In this document: piece by piece, positions 15,091 through 30,450 of the stretch | Layout: the number at the start of each line of letters is the position of its first letter | Numbering within the stretch: the first letter of the stretch is position 1 | DNA from: Chrysomallon squamiferum | Lineage: Eukaryota > Animalia > Mollusca | Direction of reading: 5' to 3' | Length of the DNA stretch: 64,000 nt | Assembly (NCBI GenBank): GCA_012295275.1 | Contig: CM022675.1 | Span: 9,734,001-9,798,000 of the forward strand | Position numbers and translations under genes: made by a program | The notes under the pieces: model-generated | Database searches by the model: none | Seen by the model: the letters and a program-made list of their open reading frames with translations, nothing else | What the model was told of the DNA's origin: nothing

Positions 15091-15301
15091 TTATGATTAT
15101 TTATTATATTTTTGTCTTTCCTTGAGTAAGTCGTTGTTGCTGTTGTAACTGTAGCTGCTGTTGTTGGTGGTGTTAGTTCTATTATTGTTATTAACGTTTG
15201 TTGCTGATGGTGTTGTCGTTGTTGTTGTTGTTGTTATTATGATTATTATTATTATTATTTTCATTTCTCTGATATATAGGTATGTATGTTCGTATGTTGT
15301 T

Positions 15302-15362
<61 letters not shown>

Positions 15363-15621
15363 ATATATATATAACTGATATTTACAGAGTAATGACCTAG
15401 TGAACATATTCTTAACGTATGTCACTTTGAATCTCAGCCACAACCTGTTATAAAACCAAGAATATATTCAACTTACATATTATTAATATATACATTGTTA
15501 TGACGCAAGCATGCATGGAGTATATAAATTAAGTCACGGATGACGATATACATATTCAAATAAAACCATGTATGTGTGTATCTGCATGTACTCATTCAAA
15601 GGTCTCTGTCTCTCTGTGTGT

Positions 15622-15653
<32 letters not shown>

Positions 15654-15819
15654 TAATTTAGTAAATTTAAATAACCTCATATGATTAACCCAATAATAAA
15701 AAAAATGTATTAAAAAATAAAAAAATAATTAAAATGCATAAGAAGAAGAAAAAAAAATGTTTTGAAAGGTCATGTACATGTGTGCTATTGCACGGTCTAC
15801 TTATTTTTATTATTATTAT

Positions 15820-15850
<31 letters not shown>

Positions 15851-15885
15851 ATTAATGCAAAAGCTGAATGATTTCAGAGCTGTGT

Positions 15886-15966
<81 letters not shown>

Positions 15967-16389
15967 TGTGTGTGTGTGTGTGTGTGTGTGCAACTTTCAT
16001 CTTTTATGTCTCTCGTTACATACATATAATTATATTACCATTCTGAGCGACCTGCAAGCAACCATACGCACACATACACGCACACACACACACGCACACA
16101 CACGCATACGGGTGGAAAGAGAGATTATCGATAGATATCGGAAATAATACACAAAGATGGAGAGAAGAAGAAGAAGAAGAAAAGAAGAATGATTTACGAG
16201 AATACAGGCCATGCTAGTTGAGTGAACTTGAGGAGAATGTCCGAATTAATGAAAAATAGAAAATATATTTTTAACAAAATAATAAAATGACAGACAGACA
16301 GACAGCTAGACAGAACAAAGGAATAATAAATAAATACATAAATAAATAAATAAATAAATATAAATAAACAAATTAATTAAATAATAAAA

Positions 16390-16428
<39 letters not shown>

Positions 16429-16441
16429 AATAATAAAATAA

Positions 16442-16484
<43 letters not shown>

Positions 16485-16732
16485 AATGGGAACTATAAAC
16501 TAGTTCAGAGGACTGAACTTTGAAAGACCAGTGGCCGGAAGAATGAGAGAAAGAAAAACGAATAAAATGGATAAATGAAAAATTCAGACTGATTCAGATG
16601 AAATAATTGAAACCCAGAGGAATACGCATTTAGATAGATTAATACATGGAGAGACAAACAGCCAGACAAACAGACAACAGATAGATAAAATGAAATATAG
16701 GTAGACAGACAAACATATAGACAGAGATAGAC

Positions 16733-16928
16733 GGATGGAGGGAGAGAGAGAGAAAGAGAAATACAGAAAGAAAAAACACAGACAGAAAGAGAAAAGGTGA
16801 CAGATACAAAGAGAGAAAGAAAGAGTGAAAGACAAAAAAGAACGAGATGGAGGGAGAGAGAAATACAGAAAGAAAAAACACAGACAGAAAGAGAAAAGGT
16901 GACAGATACAAAGAGAGAAAGAAAGAGT
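16733..16928. repeat. ~80-bp purine-rich direct duplication
   Basis: GAGAAATACAGAAAGAAAAAACACAGACAGAAAGAGAAAAGGTGACAGATACAAAGAGAGAAAGAAAGAGT occurs twice. Confidence 0.85.
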
Positions 16929-17312
16929 ACAAAAACAAAAAAGAAAGATATGAGAGAAAGAAGAGAGAGAAATACAGTCAAACAAACAGATCGAAAGAAA
17001 GAAAAAGGGGAAGAAGAAAGATACAAAGAGAGAGAAAGAGAAGGAACGACAGAGACAGACGTAAGCAGGCTTGAACGAAAATAGACATGAAATGAGATAA
17101 TAAAATTTAAAAAAAGATAAACAGAGAAACAGACAAGGATAATGGACGAATAAAGACCGCGGGCTAACCAGATGGCGTGAACTTTGACCTAGAGGACAAT
17201 GGCCTAGGACTGTAACGAGAGAAATGTGAAGACCCGAGACACGCGTGACTAAACCCCCAGGGCAAAATAAAAACTCATTTCGGGAGCTGTGCAAAATGGC
17301 ATATGTAACACA

Positions 17313-17352
<40 letters not shown>

Positions 17353-17672
17353 CGTGGACGTGTGTGAATGGGCAAGTATGTTTGTATGTGTACGTATGTA
17401 TGGCTGGACATACTTTGTGTGTGAGTGTGTGTACGTATGTTGTGGCTTTATTATTATTATTGTGTGTGTATGCGTGTGTGCGTGCATTTCAGTACCTCAC
17501 CTGTTGATATTCCTCTCGTTAAATTCCACCACCCCCCTACCCCCAAACCAACGGCCATTCTATAGAATTATGTCCGGTACATACGTACTGGCTAACGCCG
17601 AGTTCATGTTTTTGCAGCTAAATGATAACGGGGTTCAAAGGTCGGTCGACATGTTTACATTTTTCACTGGCC

Positions 17673-17704
<32 letters not shown>

Positions 17705-17948
17705 CCTAATGGGCCGCTTGTGACATCGAAATGCAAACACAGTCGTGTTTATCAAAGTTGTCGGCTTTTTTTTTTTTTTTTTTTTTTCCCTCGCCAAGTG
17801 TATGACGAACTTGTTTATGACGCGGAGTAGATTAGGTGAAAAAAGTGCGTGACCCGTCACATGACACGTAATAGAATAGAAGCGAAATGGTTATAAAATT
17901 TGTCTTTCTTTGTTTTTCTTAAATTTTAATTTTATTTATTTACTATTT

Positions 17949-17985
<37 letters not shown>

Positions 17986-20626
17986 ATTTATTAATTTATT
18001 TGTTGCAGCTACTGTCATAATTTTTAGTACTAATAGCAATAGTGGTAGTAGTATTACACGTAGTAATGGTGGTAGTAGTATTAATGTTTATTGTTGTCGT
18101 TAGTGTAGTAGAAGTAGTAGTAGTAGTAGTAGTAGCAGCAGTAGTAGTAGCAGTAGTATTTTATTGTTCCTTTTTTTCTGTTTTGTTGTTGTTATGTTTA
18201 TCATGTTTGCGTAACTTCACTACGTGACGAAGCGCAGTTAGGATGGTACAGTTGCAGCCGACGTTGATGACGCTGCTATTTATTTATCTATAACATTAAT
18301 ATCTAAGAATAAACCTAATCTGTAAATTATGCAGCAGATTAAACTTCAATTTTGAAACGCACTTTTTTTTATGCCTGTGAAAGTTACAGAAGAAATAATA
18401 GTAATTGTAGTAATTATAGCAGTAGTAGTAGTAGTAGTTGTTGTTGTTGTTGTAGAAGAAAAAGAAGAAGAAATGTTACTAGTAGTAGTAGTTTAGGAGA
18501 AGTAGTTATATAGTATTGAAATTTCATCGGGATATATCAATGGCGTAACGCATAATTATTAGATTGTTTACGGTAGATTTTGTAACACAAACTTGGCCAG
18601 CAGACGATATTCACATTTGATTTCGTTAGGGAAATGTTTGTTTCTGTGCATAATCGTCAATTATCATTATTTAATCAGTTCAAAATAAAAATTATCAATG
18701 AAGTATTTTTAATGTGGCAAGGAAAATAATATAATTAATTCAGTAACGCTGAAATCAAACGCCATAAACATTCGAACAGTTAAAACATCTGTTATTTTGT
18801 AAAACGTGTTCTACCGTGCGGACACACACACCGATAGAATATTTATGTGTCTGCGTAATGTTCTAAGAGTGCAGAATTAATTACATCCATAGTTTCTGTA
18901 ACAGACCCGTAAATCATAATTTTATATATATATATATATATAAAACACAGCTAATAAGTAAAATAAAATAAATAGCAGGTTTACGGTAAAATTATCTCTC
19001 TCGAAGCAGCTTCTCTCTATATTTCGCCACGCGCCCGTGACGTAAACCTGAAACTCCATCGATCTTTTTAACCGAATCAAAAAATAAAAACGCGCGTCGA
19101 ACAAGGTAAAGGTCGCTCGTTTAGTGCATTCCAGTTACGAAACGTAGGCGGCGACAATGCAGTAACGGGCGATTCCATTTACTCAGCCACGCGAGGGGTG
19201 CAAAAACGACCTTCACCTTGTCTAAACTCCTTAGACTTGTTGCGGGCTGAACATTTGTGTTATTTATTGATCGCGCGGTCGTTAGCTGAGTGAAGCAAGG
19301 CTGTTTTTAATGGCATTGTTCTTCAAATTTAGGTCGAAGGTTTCAAACAATACGTCTTGCCCGTGTTTCGGATCGAGTACAAATAGTTTAACAATAACGA
19401 AGGTGCGCCAGAATAGTTTTAATTTACGATTAGGTTTAATGAAGGGAGGTCAAAACCTTGAGTGGCTTTTGTCACGATGGTTTACGACTAGTCTAAAATT
19501 ACCTAAGCGATTATTTTTAAAAATAAAACGTACAAGGTGGAACGTTCTGTATGCGCGTCATGTCCAACTGATTTATTAATTATTTTTCTTTCTTTTCTTT
19601 TCTTTTCTTTTTTTCTTTCTTTCTTTTCTTTCTTTCTTTCTTTCTTCCATTTCTTTATCAAACATTAATTGGAGTAGTTGTTTGTTTGTTTTTATCATAA
19701 ACATTTTTCTTATTTATTTATACTTACGCTTTAACTTAGTATTTCTAAGTTATTCCATTGCCAGTTTTATATTATTTCTGTCTGTCTGTATGTGTACATA
19801 AATGCATTTCAGTATGTACGTACGTACATAATATATGTATGTATGTATATATGTAGGTACGTACGTACGTACGTATGTATGTATGTATGCGTTTATTTGT
19901 ATATGCTTGTATATATGTATATATTTATACATGTATTATGTATGTATGTATTTCAGAACTTATCATTTTAGACACTGAATGATATTTTTGAATACAAAAA
20001 AGTCGTTCACAATGGTTTAATTTTAACTATTTGACAGCTGGTAAAACAAGGTTAATGTCAATATGTGACACCAAAACTTTAAACTGTTGTTTCATCAAAT
20101 TTTATGCAAAATTAAAAAGTAATAATTCATCTTGTACTACCGTGAAAAATAACCTTCCATATGGCAAAAATATCATAAACATTATTCATAAACATTATTT
20201 AAAGAATATTTATTTCAGAAGAAGGAGAAGAAAGAACGAAAGAAATGCTTCTGCAAAAATTGTTCTTGTTTTTAGACACGTGAAAAATAGGACACGCTTT
20301 CAAAAGTTCCATGACCGAGAAAGCAGAATTAATATTTCAGCTGTTCAAAAATACAACATGGCGAATAAACAGAAGTCATCAAATAAGAGTTTGATTTTAA
20401 TTAAAAACAAGAATTATTTATCTGTGCAAAGTAGTTTTTGAGATGTCTTTACTACTAAAGACAGAATTCTGACAAAATAAATAAATAAATTAATATATTA
20501 ATTAAACCAACCCAAACGATTGAGTTGTAATGTTTGTTTTTGTTTTGTTGTTTTTTTTTTTTTTTTTTTGGTTACTTAAACTTGTACTTACATTTGTTAA
20601 TATCGTATTTATTTATTTATTTAATT

Positions 20627-20691
<65 letters not shown>

Positions 20692-21329
20692 CTTTACATA
20701 CATTCCATTCTCGTTCTTAACAGAATTATTTATTATATTTTATTTCATTTGTATTTATTTATTTATTTATTTTAACCGCTAACTAGAGAGTGGAAAAAAT
20801 AAATGAATTAAAAAAAAAAAAACCCAGAAACAAAACATGTTTACAAATGGATTTGAGTTTTTTACAATCCGTCCTCAACTTGGGAATTGTTACAATATTT
20901 CACAAAGTTGTGGCAGACGTGAAATAAATGTCAGGTCAATGACATTCGGTAATGGAGCACTATGGGTTGCAGGTCACTATTTACATTCCCACTGGTGGTA
21001 ACGTTACAGGATCTTTTTGTTTTCTATATATATATATATATATAAATCAAATAAAATAAAAAATAAATAAATAAATAAATAAATAAAATTAAAATAAAAT
21101 AAAACAAACATAATAAATAAACTTGCTTATAAATATTCGAAAGGACCATTAGAAATATTAAGAGACATGTCATATTAAAATTTAATGTTAAAACAATTGT
21201 TCAATGCTACGCTAGACAACAGTACACTACAGTACACCACAGTGTGCTTTATTATGCCATACCATAGCATTCTTATATTGTAGGATGGTATTGTATTCAG
21301 TACTGTATTATCCACTGTTATGCTATACG

Positions 21330-21580
21330 ATACTATGCTAATCTGTACTATACTACATTATTCTACATTACACTACAATACACCATATTACATTATACTA
21401 TGTTTTATTATACCATACCATACTATACTTATTTTATGATATAGGATGGTACTGTATAGAATACTGTACTATACTATGCTATTCTATACTATACTATACT
21501 ATACCATACTATACTATACTATACTATACTATATTATACTATACTATACTGTACTACATTACACAACACTACACTATACT
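21330..21580. repeat. Degenerate (ACTAT)n pentanucleotide satellite
   Basis: Repeated ATACT/ACTAT units, purest at 21470-21550. Confidence 0.85.
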
Positions 21581-22388
21581 AAACCATGTGACATAAATTA
21601 TGATAATATAATAATATTTAATATAATACAGAACAGTACAAAATAACATACAGCACAGTGCAATCATATTACGTAACATAACACAACACAAGATATCAAA
21701 AACAAATAAATAGCAGGTGACAGCTTCATTTAAATAATATTAACAAAATTAATCTGAAAATTATTCAGCTAAGGGCGTTAACCTTTTTGTCCTTGGTGAC
21801 CCCTTTCGGCCACCCCTCGTACCCGATACCCTAATGACTCCTCCCATTTTCTGGGCGTTTCCACTCCACGGCTGCTTGTATACTTTCAAAATGCACTCAC
21901 TTCCCTACTTTTATTTATTTACTTATTATTATTTTTTTTTTTAATTGTTTAAAAAATTGTTTATTAATAATCATTCGTTTTTATTTTTATTTTTTTTTTT
22001 TTTTTATTATTTTATTTTTATGTTTTATTATTTTTTAAATATATATTTTTTAAACCAGACTTAATGAAAAAATATAAAAATAATTTTCGAAAATATAAAT
22101 TTAGGAGTGTTCAAGGTGGGTCCCACTTGTTAAAATTCATTTTATTTCAAAAGTTATCAACGAATGCGGTAAAGCCCCCTTTTCTAACAATTCTTGATCC
22201 GCCCCTTATTCCCCCGCGTGCATGACGTTATTGTACTTAGATTAACTGATGTTGAATAATTAATTAAAAATACATATAATCTTCTTTCATTTTTTTGCCT
22301 TTAGAGAGAATAATAAAAAAAAAAATTACAACTTAATGAACTTGGAACATCTAGTTTAATAATACATAAAATAACGATGATGATGATG

Positions 22389-22426
<38 letters not shown>

Positions 22427-23249
22427 GATAATAGTAATAACGATAATAGTAATAATAATAATAATAACAATAATAATAGTAATAGTAATAATAATAATAA
22501 TAATGATAATAATAATAGTAATAATAATAATAATAATAATGGAAGTTTTTTTTTGTTTTGTTTTTTTAATATAAATTGATTTCATTTATAAATCGTTCTC
22601 AATGCATTAACAAAAAATAAAAAAATAAAAAAATAAATAAATAAATAAATAAATAAAAAAATAAAAAAATAAATAAAAATAAAAAAATCAGAAAAACCCA
22701 CAAAAACCCCAACGACAACCACGTGTTATTCTGTTTTCAATTGATTTGTAAACATACTTCTGAGTTACAACTGACTGGGTAAGTTGTATGTGATGGCTGA
22801 AGAACAATTCACACACACACACACATACGCACACACACGCACACGATGTACATACATACACCTATTACTAAACTTTCTAGTACAACAAATTCTACTGATA
22901 TTTCTACTACCACCACGACTACTACTATTACTGCTACTACTGCTACCACTATTACTAGTACTATTGCTATTACTGCCACTACCACAACTTCGATTATTAC
23001 TAGAACTACTACTGTTACTACTACTACTACTACTACTACCGCCACCACTAGTATTAATACACCACTACTACTATTACTAATACTACTGTCACTACTACTA
23101 CAACCATCACCTCTGCTACTACCACTACTTCTGTTAGTATTACTATCATGACTACTGCTACTACTACTACATTTATTATTATCATCATCATTATCATTTT
23201 TATTTTGCTTACTTACTATAACCACAACCTGCTCTTTCATTAATAATAT

Positions 23250-23280
<31 letters not shown>

Positions 23281-23391
23281 CACATATTTAAATAAATCAA
23301 GTAACAAGTAAACTTTACTCCGCGAATTTTAAATCTTATTCCAGAAATACAAACTATTTATCTATTTCTGATACCAAAAACATCAATATTA

Positions 23392-23444
<53 letters not shown>

Positions 23445-23972
23445 TAACGATGATAATCTTTGGTTAAAATCCCTGTCTGTAATAGCTAGACAAAAAATCG
23501 GCGATACGAACCTTTAAGATAAGGGAAACAATTCTTGCCTTAATGAAAGTGACAGTAGTTACTTCCCTTAAATTCAATTTTTTTTTTAAATTATATGTGT
23601 GCGTGTGTGTGTTGTGTATGTGTGTATGTGTGTTATTTATTTATTTATTTTACTTTTCATTTGCTGTGTATCGTTCATAAATAATATGTGTATATGTGTG
23701 TCTGTGATATATGTAGATATATCCATAAAATGCGTGGAGGGCGCAGGGCGGAAGGCGGAGGGCGGAGGGCGGAGGTCGGGGGGCATTGTCTGTTATGAAC
23801 TAAAGTATTATTTTATTATTTTCTGGCCCTGATACAACACAACAACTTTCCATAAAAATATGAGAAGAAAGAGATTGGCCATTACGTATAAAATATTATC
23901 TTCTTGGGCAGAAGAGATCGCAGAGTCAGAGTTAGCTCCCTGTGCTACTGAGAACAGAATGAGGGAGAAGTA

Positions 23973-24027
<55 letters not shown>

Positions 24028-25075
24028 CAACAATAACAGCAGCAGCAGCAACAACCATAACAACGGCAATACCAACGGCAACAACAATAGCAACGACAAC
24101 ATTATTATTATTGTTGTTGTTGTTGTTGGAAAATAGAGATTTTCTGGCACTTTGTGGGTGGTCGCTTATAACTACACTCACGGAGTTGATTTTAAAAACA
24201 GTTAATATAAAATTTGTGTCAAATGTCGCTTAACATTCATTAGTTGTTGGTTTATTCATTCATTCATTCATTCATTGTTTCTTTCATTCGTTCATTCTAC
24301 ACAGCACAGGTAAAATTAATATTAAAAAAAAGTGTTAAAGTATCGTTAAACATTCGTTCATTTATTCATTCATTCATTCATTAATGAATTTGTTCGTTCG
24401 TTCATTCCTTCATTTATTCATTTATTAGTTCTTTCATTCCCTGGTTCGTCCATTCAACAATTCAAAACATCAAATGATCGTTATGAAAAGCCGTCCACTT
24501 ATTTATGCGTTCGTTCGTTCATTCATTCATTCATTCATTCATTCACAAAACCTCACACGCGTTACACAAAAGTACATCTCGTAATAAAATATCCATTCAT
24601 TTATTCACGACTCCTAACAGTTGTTAACGTAATAAAGTTAAATGTTTCGTCGATAAATTCGTTTACGATATATTAACAACTATTACATTAACAGTCACGT
24701 CATTAAAGTAACATTATTCACGGCATGTAAACGAAATTGTAAACTTGTTGTTAATATACAGTGCTCTGCGTGTTGGCATGTTCGTCTATTGACTGCAGGA
24801 ACCATTAAAACATCTGGAACGCATGTTATCGTGAAACATTTGGTGTGAACAATGCTATAGAGCAATATAAAGTCTCGATACAAAATGACGAATGTGACTT
24901 TTCTGTGAAGTATCGAGTTCAAAACGGAAATGAGAAATCGCCTTTCATGGGGCTGGGTAACTGTGTTTTTTTTTTTTTTTTGTGACTGTGTGTAGCTGAG
25001 TGTAAGTACATGAATTTGTTTGAGTATTTGCGTGCGTGAGACTGTGTGTGATTGAAGACGTGCGTGAGATGGTGT

Positions 25076-25127
<52 letters not shown>

Positions 25128-25699
25128 TGAAAGACAATATGTTATAAGTGAAAATACTGAAATATACTATTTTGTTTACATAGGTCTATACACATAAACA
25201 CACACACACACATTCACACACACATACACATACACACACATTCACACACAAACATAAACACATAAACATACACATACACAGTACGTACACACATTCACAC
25301 ACTTTCACACACATACACAGACATACATACATACAAATATACACATACACATATACACTTACACATGCACACTTATATTGTCTTTTACACACACACACAC
25401 ACACATACACACACATACACACACAGAGATATGTACTTGTATGTGTTTTCTTAGTATTTATCTTTCTGTATTTGTGTATACCTGGGGTAAAATGTATGTG
25501 TGTGTATATTTGTAAGCATGTGTATATGTATGTGTATGTGTCTGTGTGTGTGTATTTGTGTGGGTCTATGTATATAGATATGTGTGTGTATGTTGTGTTG
25601 AGTGTATATGTATGTGAATGTATGTTAGCTTGAATGTTTGCGTGTATGTTTGTGTGTATGTATTTGTAGTATGTATGCATGTATATATATATGTATGTA

Positions 25700-25810
25700 T
25701 ATATATGTATATGTATGTATGTTTGTATGTATGTATGTATGTATGTATGTATGTATGTATGTATGTATGTATGTATGTATGTATGTATGTATGTATGTAT
25801 CTATGTATGT
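25700..25810. repeat. (TATG)n tetranucleotide microsatellite
   Basis: Seen directly; it produces the spurious MYVC-repeat ORFs. Confidence 0.9.
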
Positions 25811-27199
25811 ATCTATGTTTATATATATGTGTGTGTTTGCATGTATGTATGTACACAGGTAGGTAATAGATATCTACTCACGCGTGTACAATATGTAAAA
25901 AGCTTTATACCTAACAACACATATGTCTAAACGTAAGTGTTATTTTGCAGTGACAAACATTCAGTGTACAAATCCTCGCTTAGAAAGAGCTCCTGCCATG
26001 ATTTTTCAATCCATCATACTTCTTCGTGTAATGAGGTTTTTGTTTTTATTATTATTTTTTTTTCTTTCTTTCTTTCTTTCTCTTCCCAGGAAACAGAGAT
26101 TAAAGATTAATTACTGTAATGGGAAAAATGTCGTGCGTGGTAAAATTAGAAATCTATTTTAGGATTGTTTTATGAATTTTTTATCAGTTTCTCGGAAAAG
26201 GATCGTTTATTTATTTATAATATTTTAGTGCAAAAAAAAAAAAAAAAAAAAAAAAAAAATAAAGAAAAATAAAAGTTATAAATAGATTTTTTAATTAATT
26301 TTTTTTGTTTATTTGCGTCCTTGAAAGTCGTGGTTCTAAAACATTTATTTTTTAATTCTTTTTTTGTTTGTTTTGCTTTGTTATTTTCTCCACTCCCCTT
26401 TTTAATACCGCTATATGATGTGACAGATAAACGGATGAACAGAATGCAGAATAAAAAATAAAAATCTCTAATGAAGAAACTAAAACAATAAATAGTGACT
26501 GTGTTAACAAACCACAACTGCAACAACAATACTAATGAAGCTATTACAGTCATTACTATTATTACTATTACTACTACCATCACTATTTATACCACTAAGA
26601 CAGCTACTACTACTAATAATACTACTGCTATTACTACTTCTGCTATTTAATACTACTACTTCTACTACTACTACTACTACTACTAATAATAATAATAATA
26701 TAAATAGTAGTATTAATAATAATAGATAGCTATAATAATAATATAAATAGTAATAGTTATTATAATAATAATAATAATAATAATAATATATAAATAATAA
26801 TAATAATAACAATAATAATAACAATAACAATAATAATAATAACAGTAATAAGCAGAAGAAGACGAAAAAGAAGAAGAAGAAGAAGAAGAAGGAGAAAAAG
26901 AAGAACAACAACAACAACAATTAAGTAAAAGTGACAGCAGTAGTAATAAAGATTAAATATAATGACAACGGTAATGGCAGTATAAGTTAATAAATATTTT
27001 CGTAATTCTATTTTGCTTCTGTTTTGATATATGACCTTTCTGTAATTACGTCCGTCTTTCAGTGTTTGCGAAAGTCCCCGGATACGGTGAAAGAAAATAT
27101 TGCGAAATACAAGTTATACCAAAATTAGAAACTGACGAACAAGGTCAAACAAAAAATAAATCAAATTAAAACGCCTCAAGAGGAATAACGTAGGAGGGA

Positions 27200-27233
<34 letters not shown>

Positions 27234-27464
27234 TTCCTCCTACTTCTTCTTCTTCATTTGTTTGTTCATAAATCTCGAGTTTTTAGTTAATGTTTTATTT
27301 TTTTTTTTTATTTCATTTCATTCTTCCGCTTATATTTCCGTTACTTTCTTTTCTTTTCTTTTTTTTTTTTGAATTAAAGTGCTTTTATTTCAAAATCGTT
27401 ACTACAAACGCTGTGACTACTACTACTATTACTACTACTACTACTACTTCTGCTACCACCACTA

Positions 27465-27504
<40 letters not shown>

Positions 27505-27774
27505 CATTACTACCATTACAAATATAGTAGTATTACTACCATTAATAATAATATGTCTAGTTATTCTACTACTTTTACTATTACGGTTAGTACTATGACT
27601 ACTATTAGTACTATAGCTATTTCTACTACTATTACTTCTACTACTACAACTACTACTACCGCTTCTATTACTACTTCTACAACTGTGTACGCATGTGCAT
27701 GTATGTATGTACTTAAAACAATATGGAATGTATTTGTATATACAAAGAAAAAAAAAAAAAAAATGCTTTTTTCT

Positions 27775-27808
<34 letters not shown>

Positions 27809-27883
27809 AAAAGGTAAAATTGAAAGAAAATATATATTTAAAAAAAAAAAAAAAAAATCAGGACAAAAATGAAAGAAAACCAG

Positions 27884-27919
<36 letters not shown>

Positions 27920-28307
27920 CGGACATATTAATTTATGAAAGAGAAAAAAACCACTCCATTTTTTTTTCGCGGCAAGTATGGGCAAAAGTGGATCGATCTG
28001 GTTTGAAAACTGACAGTCGTCTGATCTCGCTGAAATTGATGCGCGTTCTTTTGAAATCTCCTCCATTTCGTACAAAGCACCCATCGAGTCAGATGCATCG
28101 GCTGCCCAAGTAGAATAGAAATAGAGATAAGGAGATTAACGAACATCAAAACCGGTGTGAACGTAAAAATGTCTTCTGACATGGAACGGGTCTAGTGGTT
28201 AGAAAGGTAGGGGGGGAGGGTATATGTGTTTGTGCAACAGGGGTATTTGAAGAATATCATATTGGATTTTTTTTCTTGTAATTTAAAAAAAAAAAAAAAA
28301 AATGTTG

Positions 28308-28394
<87 letters not shown>

Positions 28395-28742
28395 CATTAT
28401 TTTTATCATCATTATATAATTATTATTATTATCATTACTGTTAGTATTGATGCTGTTGTTGTTATTACATTTATAATTTTTTTTTTTTTTTTGTTATCAT
28501 CATCAGCATTTAGATGTATTTCCGTTTTTTTTTTTTTCTTTTTTTTTTTTTTATTAAATCTGTAAATTTTTAAGCACTTTTATCGTTTCTAAAATCAATA
28601 AATTACTTTATAAAATTTCACGTAACCTTATGATTTCTAATTTTCAAAATCAATAGGTTACAACGGTTTCCATGGTAACAGTGGATTCTACAGCAATCCC
28701 ACATCGGTATTAAAGCTGCATTATGAAACATAATTTTAGATC

Positions 28743-28842
<100 letters not shown>

Positions 28843-29398
28843 TATATATTTATTTTATTTTATAAATTTAATTATTATTTTATTTATTTATTTTTTTTTT
28901 AATTATTATTTCATTTTATTTTATTTTATTTATTAATAATATCTTTCATTCAAGCATTCTTATTGTCTTTAGAGTTATCGTTCTTACTGCTCTTGTTCCG
29001 GTTTGTTGTTAGTATTGTTGACATTGTCACTGTTGTGTTATTATAATTTTTATATTTTTCTTGGTATACTGTATACATGAATGAACATTCCAGCTACATT
29101 TAATTTATCGTTAACGTCCAATCTTTGATAACAATAAATTTTCTTTGCTACCATTCTTTATCTTTTTTCGTTTCTGTTTTTAGGTGTGTGTCTGTCATAT
29201 CTTATACAACAACAACAACAACAATAATAATGCTAATAATAATAATGAATATTGCATGATGATAATGATAATAATATTGGTTATGATCATGTTCATGTTA
29301 CTACTGCTACTACTACAATTACTACTGCTACCACTACAACTGCTACTACTACTATTATTACTACTATTACTACCAATACTACTACTGCTGCTACTACC

Positions 29399-29439
<41 letters not shown>

Positions 29440-29981
29440 AATTACCATTACTACTACTACTACTACTATTATTACTACTATTACTACTAATAATAATAAT
29501 GGTTAGCATGATGTTATGGATGATAATGTTAATAATTATAATAATATTGTTTGTGATGATGATGATGATGATGATAATCTTGATGATGATGATGATGATG
29601 ATAACTGAAATAACGCAGATATAACAACTTACATAAAAACAAAAGAAGACCTAACATTACAACAGAGGACATCCTTTTAGATTGAAAAATAAATCACCGT
29701 TGAATTACTACTTTCCCATCGACCCCACCCCCCCCCCCACCCCCTTGGTCATGCCTGGTGCGTCCCTGATAATATAATGACAGAAAATACCAGATTAGTC
29801 TAACAGGAAGTGTGTAAGGCTAAACAAATCGATCAAATAAAAGTAAAAGCAGCATACGTGTAGTTAAGCCGTAGAGTACTTACATTCTTACCGATATATC
29901 GACTGATCGATTGATTTTGTTCATGATTAAGGAACTGACATTGTTCTGCTGGCTTCATTTTTTTTTTAATTATAACTGATG

Positions 29982-30125
<144 letters not shown>

Positions 30126-30216
30126 TTCTTTCTTTCTTTCTATTTCTTTTTAGATATCTCTCCTTTTCTCTCCCTTACTCTATTTCTCTCTTTCTCTTTC
30201 ATTCTTTCTTTTTAAT

Positions 30217-30306
<90 letters not shown>

Positions 30307-30353
30307 TTCTTTCGTTCTTTCTCTTTCTTTTTAGATATCTCTCCTTTTCTCTC

Positions 30354-30450
<97 letters not shown>

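Noticed and set aside
16505-17411. Longest ORFs (275 aa and 173 aa on -)
   Set aside because: They derive from a purine-rich low-complexity tract, a local duplication and (CA)n; the composition is F/L/S/C-biased with no domain.
20031-20441. 136-aa ORF in unique sequence
   Set aside because: Non-ATG start, K/N/I bias typical of AT-rich non-coding DNA, and no recognisable motif or splice partners.
21770-22210. Possible MITE ending GATCCGCCCCT (similar GC-rich fragments at ~2505, ~29750 and ~42470-42770)
   Set aside because: They look like repeat relics, but I could not establish matching TIRs or TSDs.
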